DNA from: Bacteroidetes bacterium HGW-Bacteroidetes-8
GTDB lineage: Bacteria > Bacteroidota > Bacteroidia > Bacteroidales > UBA932
Direction of reading: 5' to 3'
Assembly (NCBI GenBank): GCA_002840895.1
Contig: PHCZ01000002.1
Coordinates: 250,231 to 314,230 of the forward strand
DNA length: 64,000 bases
Part shown: positions 9,760-19,569 of the stretch, piece after piece
How positions within the stretch are numbered: the stretch's first letter is position 1
How the letters are laid out: the number at the start of each line of letters is the position of its first letter
Notes under the pieces: model-generated
Seen by the model: only the letters and a program-made list of their open reading frames with translations
The model's database searches: none
Told to the model about the DNA's origin: nothing
Program-made: the position numbers and the translations under genes

Positions 9760-10587
9760 TTATGGCCGGGCGTGTGTAAGTTTGCCGTTCTCTTTGCTAA
9801 TATTTAGCTCTAAGACAAACTCCTCTCTCTTGCCGGTGTTTTCAATCAAATAGTTGAATAAGTCGTCGGGAGTTATTACCACTCTGCTTAAAGTAGTACT
9901 TCTTTTTTTAATCTCCATCCCTATGCTTTTCAAAGAGTGATATAAGAGCTCCGAACAGTAGATAGAGGAGTCATCCTCTGTAAGCCAGTCGTAATCATAA
10001 TCTCTTCCCTGAAACTTTAGTGCCTCCATTATGAAAGTCTCAATAACCTCGGTGGGTGCACTCATTGAGAGTAGTACAAAATTTGTGAGATAAGACTCTT
10101 CATTCATATTGGACATATTCCTAAATTGGTGGACACGAACACCATCTGCCTCACTATCCAGAATATAGACTTCGTTACCGGTCATTAATGTGTCAAGAGA
10201 TTTATAAAGATTGCTGCGTTTACCAAACTTCTCTGCCAACTGTTTTTTTGTTCCAAGAAATATTCCTGCGTGCTTCCACATTCCCGGGATGAATTCAGAA
10301 ATTGCATAGTTTCTTGTTCTGGTGAGAAAAATACTACCCGGAGGAAGGTTTTCCAGATATGGTCTGAGCTCATCAAAGTCTATATCTATATCTGAGTCAG
10401 CCAATGGACTTTCCGACATTGGAAGGTCGTCCATTCTTATTTTTCCTAACAATTTAATAATTGGTCTTTGTGCAAATAATCTAATCTTATCTACAATCTT
10501 CACTCTTCCGGGGAAAATAGAGGAGAACCCAATGCTTAAAAAAAAAGCAATAAGTATCCCATATACTATTCTCCTGAATATTTTCAT
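9760..10587 (-). CDS. YiiX/YebB-like permuted papain (NlpC/P60) cysteine hydrolase with N-terminal membrane anchor
   Basis: His before Cys: WKHAGIF...GRDYDYDW...IYCSELL. Start moved to ATG 10587 (MKIFRRIVYG), which removes the overlap with the upstream gene. Confidence 0.85.
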   Translation of the reverse strand: MKIFRRIVYGILIAFFLSIGFSSIFPGRVKIVDKIRLFAQRPIIKLLGKIRMDDLPMSESPLADSDIDIDFDELRPYLENLPPGSIFLTRTRNYAISEFIPGMWKHAGIFLGTKKQLAEKFGKRSNLYKSLDTLMTGNEVYILDSEADGVRVHQFRNMSNMNEESYLTNFVLLSMSAPTEVIETFIMEALKFQGRDYDYDWLTEDDSSIYCSELLYHSLKSIGMEIKKRSTTLSRVVITPDDLFNYLIENTGKREEFVLELNISKENGKLTHARP

Positions 10588-10597
10588 ATCAATTATT

Positions 10598-11581
10598 TCA
10601 AATACTGTTCCCCTTCCCAATAATTTGACCTTTAACTTTTTTAAACAGTCTCTGGACAAAATTCAAAGATTTTATATCTATAAAATCTGCAATTATGGAA
10701 GAAAACTCTTTTGTTCTAAGATATCCAAAAGATTTATGAGGATTTTTTGTCCCATTAATCTGATAATTATTATATACTATATAATCCACCGGGTAAACTC
10801 CATTTGCGTTTTTGGCAAAATCATCCGATAACCTATAATTTATTGCTACGGGGTCCTTTATATCTGATAGATTAACCCAACCCCACTCTACCCCCGGCGG
10901 AGTTGAAAGATAACTGTTTACTTTGTTAACTCTTAATTGCTCTGCAGCAATTTTACCTATTATTACAGGCAGCCCCAAAGGAGATCCAATGGTAATTAAG
11001 GCTTTAATCTTTATATCCGGGATCATATAACTTAAAACGTCATAAGCAATTATTGACCCCATCGAGTGAGCAACAATGCAGATGTCATAACCTTTATATC
11101 GTCTTATAACTTGTGCTACCCGCTCCCTGATTTTCTCTTTTATTGTAAATGATGCAATCCCATTATCATAATCCTCATCCCTAAAGTAGAGTTCTAAATC
11201 TTTAAAATATCTATTTAAGAGAATGTCTGTTATTAGACTATAATTAAGAGTTTTGTCTTGATTCAGGAATATTTTATTCAACTGATCGGATATAAAATCG
11301 TTGAATTTTTGTCTAAACGGGTGGGTCTCATCTGCCTCCAAATCCGAAGCTTTGACATAGGGTTCATCCAGATAATATTGACTATTTACGTCTCTTTCAT
11401 ATACATCCAGGGGTTTAACATAGATTATATCTGCCCAGTAGATTAGCTCAAAAGTAGGTAACTCCTTATATATTCCGTGCGCAGCAAATCCCTCTAACAT
11501 TGCATCTCTCCACCATTTTTTCAAGAGATCTTCCGGAGGTTTGTTTCCTAAGCCGTGTATACCGATAATTACCTTTCTCAT
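10598..11581 (-). CDS. Alpha/beta-hydrolase (lipase-like GxSxG)
   Basis: IIGIHGLG oxyanion segment, VAHSMGS nucleophile elbow, LITIGSPLG, DPVA, PHKSFGYL. Confidence 0.8.
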   Translation of the reverse strand: MRKVIIGIHGLGNKPPEDLLKKWWRDAMLEGFAAHGIYKELPTFELIYWADIIYVKPLDVYERDVNSQYYLDEPYVKASDLEADETHPFRQKFNDFISDQLNKIFLNQDKTLNYSLITDILLNRYFKDLELYFRDEDYDNGIASFTIKEKIRERVAQVIRRYKGYDICIVAHSMGSIIAYDVLSYMIPDIKIKALITIGSPLGLPVIIGKIAAEQLRVNKVNSYLSTPPGVEWGWVNLSDIKDPVAINYRLSDDFAKNANGVYPVDYIVYNNYQINGTKNPHKSFGYLRTKEFSSIIADFIDIKSLNFVQRLFKKVKGQIIGKGNSI

Positions 11582-13092
11582 TAAGTTGCCCTAATTACTT
11601 TATAAATATCATCCCTCCTATCCTTAAGGTTTCTTACGCTTCCAAAGTTATGAAGTTCTGTAAGCAGATCAAGATCTACGTCGCTAATAAGGATCATCTC
11701 TGTGTTTGGCGTTGCTTCCGATTTTATACCATTTACAGGAAAAGGAAAGTCGCAGGGTGTAAACACCATAGATTGTGAATATTGTATATCCATATTTTGA
11801 ACCTTAGGGAGATTTCCTACACTGCCGGTTATGGCCACATAGCACTCATTCTCAATAGCCCTTGACTGTGCACAATAGCGAACTCTAGCGTATGCATTTT
11901 GAGTATCTGTAAGGAATGGAACGAATAGAATGTCTATATCTTCATCAGCTAAAAGCCTTCCCAACTCCGGGAACTCTACATCATAGCATATCAAAATACC
12001 AATTTTTCCGCAATCAGTATCAAATGCCTTTACTTCATTACCTCCTTTCAAACCCCACACCCTATCTTCGTCCGGAGTAACGTGTATCTTCTCGTAACGC
12101 TCTACTGAACCATCTCTTCTACATAGATAACCGGTGTTATGGAGACTACCATTTATAATTTCTGGCATACTTCCGGTTATGATGTTAATATTATAGGATA
12201 CAGATAGTTTCAAAAACTCCTTCACTATAGTTTCGGTATATTTTGCCAACTCTCTTATGGCCTCCGGTTCACTCAGGTCATTATACTTTGCCATTAGAGG
12301 GGCATTGAAAAATTCGGGGAAAAGAGCAAAGTCGCTTTTATAACCACTTAGCGCATCTACAAAAAATTCAACCTGTTCCATCAAATCTTCAATGCTTTTG
12401 TAGGGTCTCATCTGCCACTGCACAAGTCCAAGACGAACAACAGTTTTATTAACTTGGGTCTTCTTGGATTTCATCTCAAAATAGATGTTTTCCCACTTTA
12501 ACAACACAGCAAACTCTTTTGATAGTTCATCACCCTCCAGGTAATTCTTAAGGATACGAACAGGATAAAAATCGTTCGATAGCTGAAAGTTCAATACCGG
12601 GTCAACTATCTCCTTTGACCTTATTTTTTCTATATACTTCTTGGGTGTTAATGTATCTGCATATTTGTGATAGTTTGGAATTCTTCCACCAAAGACTATC
12701 CCTTTGAGATTAAGTTTCTCACAAAGCTCTTTTCTGAAATCGTACATCCTCCTTCCCAATCTCATACCACGAAACTCCGGTTTTATGAAGACATCTACTC
12801 CGTAAAGTAAATCCCCTTTAGAGTTATGGGTATCAAAGGTGTAGTTTCCGGTTATCTCCCTATAGGTATGAGGGTAGTCTACCTTACGCTGCTCTGTAAT
12901 TATTGAAAGAGCACAACCTGCTATCTGCCCATCTACCTTAACAACAATTTGCCCTTCGGGAAAGATGGTAAGTAATTTACTAATATGATGCTCTTTCCAA
13001 TATGAGGCCGGCATATGCTGATAAGACTGTATCATAGCCTCTTTTAGCTCTTGATAATCGTCAATTGTGAGATATAAAATTTCTATGTTCAT
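11581..13092 (-). CDS. Bifunctional GNAT N-acyltransferase / carbon-nitrogen hydrolase (nitrilase superfamily)
   Basis: GNAT acyl-CoA motif PEFRGMRLGRRMY; nitrilase triad E (LFPEFF), K (YEKIH), C (LICYDVEFPE). Stop overlaps the next ATG (TAATG). Confidence 0.92.
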   Translation of the reverse strand: MNIEILYLTIDDYQELKEAMIQSYQHMPASYWKEHHISKLLTIFPEGQIVVKVDGQIAGCALSIITEQRKVDYPHTYREITGNYTFDTHNSKGDLLYGVDVFIKPEFRGMRLGRRMYDFRKELCEKLNLKGIVFGGRIPNYHKYADTLTPKKYIEKIRSKEIVDPVLNFQLSNDFYPVRILKNYLEGDELSKEFAVLLKWENIYFEMKSKKTQVNKTVVRLGLVQWQMRPYKSIEDLMEQVEFFVDALSGYKSDFALFPEFFNAPLMAKYNDLSEPEAIRELAKYTETIVKEFLKLSVSYNINIITGSMPEIINGSLHNTGYLCRRDGSVERYEKIHVTPDEDRVWGLKGGNEVKAFDTDCGKIGILICYDVEFPELGRLLADEDIDILFVPFLTDTQNAYARVRYCAQSRAIENECYVAITGSVGNLPKVQNMDIQYSQSMVFTPCDFPFPVNGIKSEATPNTEMILISDVDLDLLTELHNFGSVRNLKDRRDDIYKVIRAT

Positions 13093-13125
13093 TCAATTTC
13101 TTTTGGTTATTAACTAATGCAATCT

Positions 13126-13551
13126 CTAACTCTTTCCGTATTTGGCTTGTAAGAACTTAATGGTTTCACCCATAATGAGCTTCAATGCGTCAATGTTAAT
13201 ATCGGATAGTTTTTTAATATATATGCAGGCTTTTCCCATTGTGAACTTCCCGAGATCTTTAAGCAGATATTCGTGTTCCGGATTACCCGTATAGACATAG
13301 AGTGATATTGCTGCTTTTCTTGGCGAGAACCCAACCAATGGCCAGTCGCCCTCCTGGCGGCTTCTCTCAGATTTGTAGTGGTAGCTTCCAAAACCTATCA
13401 TTGTTGGCCCCCACATTTTGGGTTCAAATCCTGTAAAGTTGCTCATCAACTTTAAAAGTTCGAAGCTATCCAGCCGTTTTTGTTCGGAATCGGCAAATGC
13501 GTTAATGAAGTCTGTAACATTTGCAGATGTTTCAGTCGTTTTTATTGCCAT
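13126..13551 (-). CDS. DUF1801 (YdhG-like) protein
   Basis: PKMWGPTMIGFGSYHY, GFSPRKAAISLY, LGKFTMGKACIYIKKLSDI. Confidence 0.88.
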   Translation of the reverse strand: MAIKTTETSANVTDFINAFADSEQKRLDSFELLKLMSNFTGFEPKMWGPTMIGFGSYHYKSERSRQEGDWPLVGFSPRKAAISLYVYTGNPEHEYLLKDLGKFTMGKACIYIKKLSDINIDALKLIMGETIKFLQAKYGKS

Positions 13552-13603
13552 TTTAGGTAGTATTTTTAATATAACCTAAAATTAATAAAATTTTGGATTT
13601 TCC

Positions 13604-14923
13604 CTACTCCTTCACAAAAGCAAATTGCCCCCCACCCTGTTTTAAAACCATTGTCTTCTCAATAGGATTGAACTCTATAACAACACCTGCCTGGTCAAAC
13701 TTGAACTTATCTTTTTCGGTTGCTTCCAGCGGGAATGCAGGTTGCCCTGTTGCCTGCGCCATTAAAGTTTTATCGTTTTTTGTAATGGTTAATTTAAGCG
13801 GAATCTGAGAAGAGGAGTATACTCCCAAATAGATATCAAGCTCCTGCGAGGTGATATTTACAGTTTTAAATTCCGGTATTTCGTATGGTCTTCCGTATAC
13901 AGCATTTAAAACAGCTAGTGAAATAAGGTTGTTGGTATAGTTCATACCATTGGAGGTGAATGCAAAAGAGATTCTATCTTCCGGAAAATTTGAAAAGATT
14001 GAAGCAAACCCATCAATTCCTCCTGTGTGTCCGTAACCTGTTTTATTGTAAAAAGGGATGGGAAAGAGTCCAATTCCAAAGTTATCCTTTAACGATTTCA
14101 TCTTATCCAGACTCTCTTTAGTAATAATTTCCCCGCTAAAGAGGGCATCACTGAATTTTATCAGATCTACAGGTGTAGAGACAACCCCTCCTGCTCCTAA
14201 TGGTATTGAGATATCGGTCTCTGGCATCAAAATCCAATTTTCAAGAAAACGGTAAGAGTAACACTCATTATCCGATGACTTGACTTTTCCTCCCAGGTAA
14301 GTGTTCTTCAAACCAAGAGGCTTCGTAATATACTCCTCCAATAAAACTGCATAGGGCTTTTTAAAGCTCTTCTCCAAAATAAATGTCAACAGAACGTAGT
14401 TTGAATTGCTGTAATCTGCTTTACTGTTTGGTTCGAAATCACTCCCTCCTTTTGTGATAACATCTACCATCTCCTTCTCTGTCTTAGGGTTGGTATTCCA
14501 GGTTAAGTAATCTTTATCATTGGTAAAATTATGAATTCCGCTCCTGTGGTAAAGCAGATGGCTGATTGTAATTTTATCTGAATTTTTAATCCCCGGAAAA
14601 TACTTGTCAATCGTTTGATTAAGATCTATCTTTCTTTTCTCCATCCCCTTTAAAATCAAAGTGGCTGTAAAAGTTTTTGAGATTGACCCAATTCTGTATT
14701 TAGAGTTTTCGTTAGCTTTTATCCCATTTCCAACTTCTGAAAACCCCGCAGATCTGATATAAATAATCTCCCCATTTTTAGAGACTGCAACACTCCCCAT
14801 AAATTTGTTGTTCGTTTCAAGCACATCAAAATACTTATCAAGTTTGGCCTTATCAAACTCCTGAGAAAAAGCTGACTGGCTAAATAATCCTATGATTAAC
14901 GCCAGAAATAAAAATTTTTTCAT
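13604..14923 (-). CDS. Exported serine hydrolase, beta-lactamase/AmpC-DD-peptidase family with C-terminal DUF3471-like domain
   Basis: SxxK (GSISKT), YxN (YSN), HTG triad; signal peptide. Confidence 0.9.
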   Translation of the reverse strand: MKKFLFLALIIGLFSQSAFSQEFDKAKLDKYFDVLETNNKFMGSVAVSKNGEIIYIRSAGFSEVGNGIKANENSKYRIGSISKTFTATLILKGMEKRKIDLNQTIDKYFPGIKNSDKITISHLLYHRSGIHNFTNDKDYLTWNTNPKTEKEMVDVITKGGSDFEPNSKADYSNSNYVLLTFILEKSFKKPYAVLLEEYITKPLGLKNTYLGGKVKSSDNECYSYRFLENWILMPETDISIPLGAGGVVSTPVDLIKFSDALFSGEIITKESLDKMKSLKDNFGIGLFPIPFYNKTGYGHTGGIDGFASIFSNFPEDRISFAFTSNGMNYTNNLISLAVLNAVYGRPYEIPEFKTVNITSQELDIYLGVYSSSQIPLKLTITKNDKTLMAQATGQPAFPLEATEKDKFKFDQAGVVIEFNPIEKTMVLKQGGGQFAFVKE

Positions 14924-14932
14924 ATTGAATAG

Positions 14933-15253
14933 TTAAAAAGTTATTGTTTTATCGGCCCAAACAACCAGATTTACACAATCTATCATTGTTGATACGGGAC
15001 AGCTCTCTGATTCATTCAATTGTCTGGATTTAAGACATGTTCCGCATGCAAGAATTTCTCCACCTACAGATAAGAATGTTTGCATCTGTTCATCTACATT
15101 ATATTTATCGTGACTAAGTCCCTCACACTCTACAGCTTCCCCCATAAGAAACACCTTAACCTCGTGCCCCTGCTTTCTTGCAGTAACAGCAAAGCGAAAG
15201 GCATTCCATGCCTTTTCATACTCCTTTGTCTCAAGGATAATACCTAATTTCAT
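14933..15253 (-). CDS. DsrE/DsrF-like sulfur-relay family protein
   Basis: EKAWNAFRFA, VKVFLMGEAVE, ILACGTCLKSR. Confidence 0.85.
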   Translation of the reverse strand: MKLGIILETKEYEKAWNAFRFAVTARKQGHEVKVFLMGEAVECEGLSHDKYNVDEQMQTFLSVGGEILACGTCLKSRQLNESESCPVSTMIDCVNLVVWADKTITF

Positions 15254-15272
15254 AATACAAATTATTTTATTC

Positions 15273-15673
15273 TCATTTTATTAGTACAGATGTCATAGTT
15301 AATGATCCCGCAACAAGTTTGTCGTTGAAAAAGTTCAGTTTTTCACCATTTTCTTTCAAAGCTAAAATATAAAGCAAAGGCAGAAAATGCTCTGGTTTCG
15401 AAACCGCAATTTTCACAGACTCTCCAAGCAGGTGGTAATTAATCAGTTTATCATAATTTTCGTTAATTATATGCTCTTTAATTATCTTATCCGCTTCACC
15501 TGCCCAATCGTAAGTAAATTGCTCACTCAACCTGTTCCAGGCGGCAAGTCTCAGATTGTGAACTATATTACCACTCCCAATAATTAGAACATTCTCATCT
15601 CTTAAAGCAGATAGCTGCTTTGCAAGGTCAAAATGATACTGAGCGGACTTTTCTCTAAAGCTTTTGTTTCCAT
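15273..15673 (-). pseudogene. ygiD: Internally deleted 4,5-DOPA extradiol dioxygenase (YgiD/LigB-like)
   Basis: Open frame from about 15660 reads KSAQYHFDLAKQLSALRDENVLIIGSGNIVHNLR...EHFLPLLY (C-terminal half only). The ATG at 15673 (METKAL) is in another frame and stops after 23 codons. Confidence 0.85.
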
Positions 15674-15700
15674 ATCACCTGAATTAAATCCAGGGTAAAA

Positions 15701-16081
15701 TTACCTTTTATAAACTATCTCTACAAAAAGTTTTGCGTTTAGTGGGTTCAACTTAATCTCATACCTAGTATCATCTCTTTCTCCTCGTTTTACAAAAAAC
15801 GAATCTTCCTGAATGAATTTGTTTCTGTCTATATAATGGCTTAATACAATTTTATTGGTATCCAGTGTAAATTCACATATTTTAATCTTTCCATCACTTT
15901 CACACTTACTCTCCGTAATATCGGGTATATCAACCCCTGTACGCAACTCAATATTATCAATATTAAACCTTTCACAATCTGTCCGGTTGTAGATATGCCT
16001 TATCAGCAAACGGGTTCCACCCATAAAGAGCAGCACAATCAGTGCAAGAGCTCCTAGTACAAATAAAATTTTCTTAGCCAT
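15701..16081 (-). CDS. Hypothetical protein with N-terminal membrane anchor
   Basis: 126-aa ORF with ATG and a hydrophobic N-terminus, same strand as neighbours; no family recognised. Confidence 0.7.
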   Translation of the reverse strand: MAKKILFVLGALALIVLLFMGGTRLLIRHIYNRTDCERFNIDNIELRTGVDIPDITESKCESDGKIKICEFTLDTNKIVLSHYIDRNKFIQEDSFFVKRGERDDTRYEIKLNPLNAKLFVEIVYKR

Positions 16082-16122
16082 TTATTTTAAGTTAAGGTTG
16101 TAACATCCTTGTGATTCAATAA

Positions 16123-17196
16123 TTATCCTCTCCCTTTTATATCCTTCCCATTATAATCTTTTAAAATCTTTCCTAAGATCTTCTCCTTTCTCTTTTTTTC
16201 AAACTCAGTTGTTTCGAAAAAGTCTCTCTCTTTTTGAATTCTCAGGTAATTCTCATAGGCGGCTTTATCTAAATTTCCATTTTCAACAGCCTCTATTACA
16301 GCACATCCACTTTCGGTAGTATGGGTGCAGTCCTTGAATCTGCACTGTTTGGAAAGGTCGCCTATAAAATCGAATGTTACCTCCAGACCCCCTCCCGAAT
16401 CTACAATCCCTACCTCTCTCATTCCCGGATTATCTATGAGTATCCCACCACCCTCCAGTACAATCAATTCGCGGTGGCTGGTAACGTGCCTCCCCTTGCT
16501 CGTACTATCACTGATAGATCCCGTCTTCATTATCTCCCTGCCGGATATATTATTCAGGAGAGTAGATTTGCCCACCCCCGAAGAGCCCAGCAGACAAAAA
16601 GTCTTGCCACTTACAAAGATTTGTCTCAAGTTATCGTACCCGGCTTGAGTTTCGTTGCTAATCGAATATACCGGAACATCTTTTATTCGGTTATTAATTT
16701 GCTTCACAATCTCTTTTACAGAGTTTTCCGGGAGCAGATCTGTCTTTGTCAAAACTATAATCGGGGCTACTTTGGAAGAGTGGCAGATTGTAAGGTATCT
16801 CTCGAGTCTGTTAATGTTAAAATCTCTGTCACAAGCCTGAACCAGAAGGGCATAATCAACATTGGCAGCTATTATCTGAATACCCCCGAACTGCCCGACT
16901 GCCTGCCTGGAGATGGCAGAAAATCTGGGGATAATTTTGTGAATTATTGCGAGGTCGGAGCCATAAACGGTCAAAGCAACCCAATCTCCAACCGCCGGGA
17001 AATCTGAACGACTCTCTGCCGTAAATCGCAAATTACCTGTAATTTCTGCCTCATACTCCCCCCCTACAGTTTTTACAATGTATCTCTCCTTGTGTTCCGA
17101 CACAACCCGCGCAATCTCAAACTCCCTGAGATTATTTTCAATCACAAGTTCTCCTATTTTGCTGTTATATCCAAGCTGTTCTAGTGTCATAACCAT
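16123..17196 (-). CDS. rsgA: Ribosome small subunit-dependent GTPase A (circularly permuted GTPase)
   Basis: OB fold (AVGDWV), G4 TKTD, G1 GSSGVGKS, G3 DNPG, zinc finger CRFKDCTHTTESGC. Confidence 0.93.
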   Translation of the reverse strand: MVMTLEQLGYNSKIGELVIENNLREFEIARVVSEHKERYIVKTVGGEYEAEITGNLRFTAESRSDFPAVGDWVALTVYGSDLAIIHKIIPRFSAISRQAVGQFGGIQIIAANVDYALLVQACDRDFNINRLERYLTICHSSKVAPIIVLTKTDLLPENSVKEIVKQINNRIKDVPVYSISNETQAGYDNLRQIFVSGKTFCLLGSSGVGKSTLLNNISGREIMKTGSISDSTSKGRHVTSHRELIVLEGGGILIDNPGMREVGIVDSGGGLEVTFDFIGDLSKQCRFKDCTHTTESGCAVIEAVENGNLDKAAYENYLRIQKERDFFETTEFEKKRKEKILGKILKDYNGKDIKGRG

Positions 17197-17219
17197 TTAG
17201 AAAGCGGAAATTTCGTTTT

Positions 17220-17570
17220 TTATCTGTTTAAAATCTTCTCCAAAGCTCTTCCTTTGGCAATCTCATCAACCAATTTATCCAGGTAGCGAATTTGTTGCAT
17301 TAGCTTATCCTCAATATCTTCTACACGATATCCGCAAATAACACCTTTTATTTTTGAGGCATCGGGGTTAATCTGAGGGGCCTTAGTAAAAAACGTCTCA
17401 AAATCTATCCTTGAAGATATTTGCTTCTCTAAAGATGCCTGGTCATAGCCTGTTAACCAGAAGATAACGGCATTCACCTCTGCTTTGGAACGCCCTTTTT
17501 TCTCTGCCTTTTGCACATAGAACGGATAAACATCGGCAAATGCCATTTTAAAGATTCTTGTATTATCCAT
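17220..17570 (-). CDS. DUF2200 family protein
   Basis: [48 protein letters not shown]. Confidence 0.9.
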   Translation of the reverse strand: MDNTRIFKMAFADVYPFYVQKAEKKGRSKAEVNAVIFWLTGYDQASLEKQISSRIDFETFFTKAPQINPDASKIKGVICGYRVEDIEDKLMQQIRYLDKLVDEIAKGRALEKILNR

Positions 17571-17589
17571 AGAGTATATTTTAATATCC

Positions 17590-17597
17590 CAAAGATA
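17590..17597 (-). promoter_or_regulatory. Bacteroidetes primary-sigma -7 box (TATCTTTG) for the DUF2200 gene
   Basis: TAnnTTTG consensus 20 nt upstream of ATG 17570. Confidence 0.55.
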
Positions 17598-17616
17598 ATG
17601 CTTTGATCAATTAATA

Positions 17617-18027
17617 TCAGATTCCCGGCAGAAACAGCTCTCTTAGCCCAACACCGGCTTTTAATGCAAATACAATATTCAAAGTGAATAATACCATATC
17701 AATCAGCCCGGTAAACCAAAAAGTTGACGGGAAATCACTTACAAAAAAGATAAAATAATAGAGGACTACGATATAGAACAACCTCCCGAGAATCAGACAT
17801 CCCACATTAAATAAAAATCGTTGTATATTAAACGATGAAAGTATCTGCAGATATGCAAAACACAAAAAGAAAGATCCTAGAAAGATTGCATAAAAAGGGT
17901 CAATAGGAGGATTATCAATGACTCTTCCAGAGCCGATAATGAAGATATAAAGTAATCCTGCGATTGTGTCCCACATCCCACCAATTGCAAAAGTTACAGC
18001 TAGTGGTTTAAATTTTTTTGTCTCCAT
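17617..18027 (-). CDS. Hypothetical integral membrane protein (about 4 TM)
   Basis: Four hydrophobic stretches. Start set at ATG 18027 (METKKFK); TACTTTTG -7 box at 18043-18050. Confidence 0.7.
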   Translation of the reverse strand: METKKFKPLAVTFAIGGMWDTIAGLLYIFIIGSGRVIDNPPIDPFYAIFLGSFFLCFAYLQILSSFNIQRFLFNVGCLILGRLFYIVVLYYFIFFVSDFPSTFWFTGLIDMVLFTLNIVFALKAGVGLRELFLPGI

Positions 18028-18163
18028 TTTTAAATATTTTGACAAAAGTAGATTTACAAATTGTTTAAGTACGATTTATTATGCCGAAGGTGCTGTTAGT
18101 GATTATGAATGGGTTTATGAGTTGGTTAAAGTGGTTTTTAAAATCTCTTTAATTACTGAGATA

Positions 18164-19072
18164 TTATCTTTTTATAAAATCGCATACTTCAAGAAAAGCC
18201 TGCTTTGCTTCAGGAAAAAGCGGTGTCAAAAGAGGAAATGCGTGAATCATCCCCTCCCATTTGCGAAGAGTTACATCAACACCTTGATCACGGGCGACCT
18301 TTGCTACATTGATACAATCATCCAGATGAATTTCGTGAGTACCTACGCAGATATACAATGGAGGTATCCCCTCAAAATTCCCAAATAGAGGAGAAAGCAA
18401 AGGATTGCGGGTTTCATTTCCGGCAATGTAAAAATTTGTCCAGACTATCCAGGAGCCCATTGGAGCAACATCATTTTTAGCGTTGTACTCAAACGATTTT
18501 GCACTGCAGCTCAAATCGGTGATTGGAGAAATTGAAAATGCTGCTTTTGGAAAAGCAATCTTCTCTGCCTTCAAAGCCAACAACAGAGTGAGAGTAAGAT
18601 TTGCTCCGGCAGATTCACCCCCGACAATAATATTGTCCGGTTTATAACCTTCATTAAGCAACCATCTGTAAACCAATACACAATCATCCAAAGCAGCCGG
18701 GAAAGGGTGTTCCGGAGCCAGTCTGTAATCGAACACCAGCGATCTCATCCCGCACTCAATAGCAAATTTTGCAACGTGCATCCTATGTGTCAGGCACGAC
18801 CCAGAAATAAAGCCCCCGCCATGAATATAGAGGATCACCTTTTCATCCACCGGATTTTCAGGAGTAATCCACTCCGCATTTATTCCTGCTGCCGAAACTT
18901 TCTGAACCGAAACAGACGCCGGCAATTTTACTCTTGCCGATGCCCTGTCTATCTCATCCCGAAACTTTTTAACCGAAAAGTTCTCATCCACAACCTCCGG
19001 TTTAAGTTTGAATTTAAACAGATGCCTGTTCTTAATTAACCATATAAAAAACCTACCTCTTAAACTTTGCAT
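18164..19072 (-). CDS. Hormone-sensitive-lipase family esterase (alpha/beta hydrolase_3)
   Basis: HGGGF, DYRLAPEHPFPAALDD, GESAG, GMIHAF. Confidence 0.92.
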   Translation of the reverse strand: MQSLRGRFFIWLIKNRHLFKFKLKPEVVDENFSVKKFRDEIDRASARVKLPASVSVQKVSAAGINAEWITPENPVDEKVILYIHGGGFISGSCLTHRMHVAKFAIECGMRSLVFDYRLAPEHPFPAALDDCVLVYRWLLNEGYKPDNIIVGGESAGANLTLTLLLALKAEKIAFPKAAFSISPITDLSCSAKSFEYNAKNDVAPMGSWIVWTNFYIAGNETRNPLLSPLFGNFEGIPPLYICVGTHEIHLDDCINVAKVARDQGVDVTLRKWEGMIHAFPLLTPLFPEAKQAFLEVCDFIKR

Positions 19073-19107
19073 TATATCTGATTTAAAAAACGTTGCAAAA
19101 CTCCGTA

Positions 19108-19539
19108 TTAATCCTCTATTTTATAGTGAAAAACAACTTTTGTACTCCCCTTAATCATATACCAAACCGGGCAGATATTCTCAATCAAAGTCAGTGCCTT
19201 CTCAAACTCCGGTGAAGTAAGGTTAGCTGCTTTAATTTCAATGTTCAGATGAATCTCTTCAAATGCAGTCGGATGAACCTCACGGCGGATGCCCTCCGAT
19301 TTAATTGAGAATTTCTCTATGGTTTTACCTCCTCTTCTTAGAAGGACCAAGAGCGCAGTACCAACACACGAAGACAAGCTTAACAACATCAATTCCAAAG
19401 ATGTGTACCCAAGGTTATCTCCAAACGGCGGGATGTAATCAATTGCAACGGAACTATTTCCCTCAACACTACCCTCGAACAACAGTCGGTCATTCACAAG
19501 GCTTAAAGAGGCTGTCAGCTGTTTACTTTTATCTAACAT
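19108..19539 (-). CDS. OsmC/Ohr-family protein
   Basis: SLELMLLSLSSC and ENICPV (both Cys kept). Start moved to ATG 19539 because a TAATTTTG promoter box lies at 19564-19571. Confidence 0.85.
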   Translation of the reverse strand: MLDKSKQLTASLSLVNDRLLFEGSVEGNSSVAIDYIPPFGDNLGYTSLELMLLSLSSCVGTALLVLLRRGGKTIEKFSIKSEGIRREVHPTAFEEIHLNIEIKAANLTSPEFEKALTLIENICPVWYMIKGSTKVVFHYKIED

Positions 19540-19569
19540 AACTTTAAGGTTTAAATTATGGTGCAAAAT

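Noticed and set aside
10588-10659. Apparent 62-bp same-strand overlap between two genes
   Set aside because: An artefact of the track's upstream start; ATG 10587 gives a normal signal anchor and no overlap.
10322-10831. 169-aa plus-strand ORF (likewise 17966-18388, 39581-40015, 49536-50084 and the other short antisense ORFs in the track)
   Set aside because: They overlap well-supported genes on the opposite strand or frame and show no family features.
16321-17007. 228-aa plus-strand ORF
   Set aside because: Lies wholly antisense to rsgA, has no recognisable motif, and is best explained as a shadow frame.
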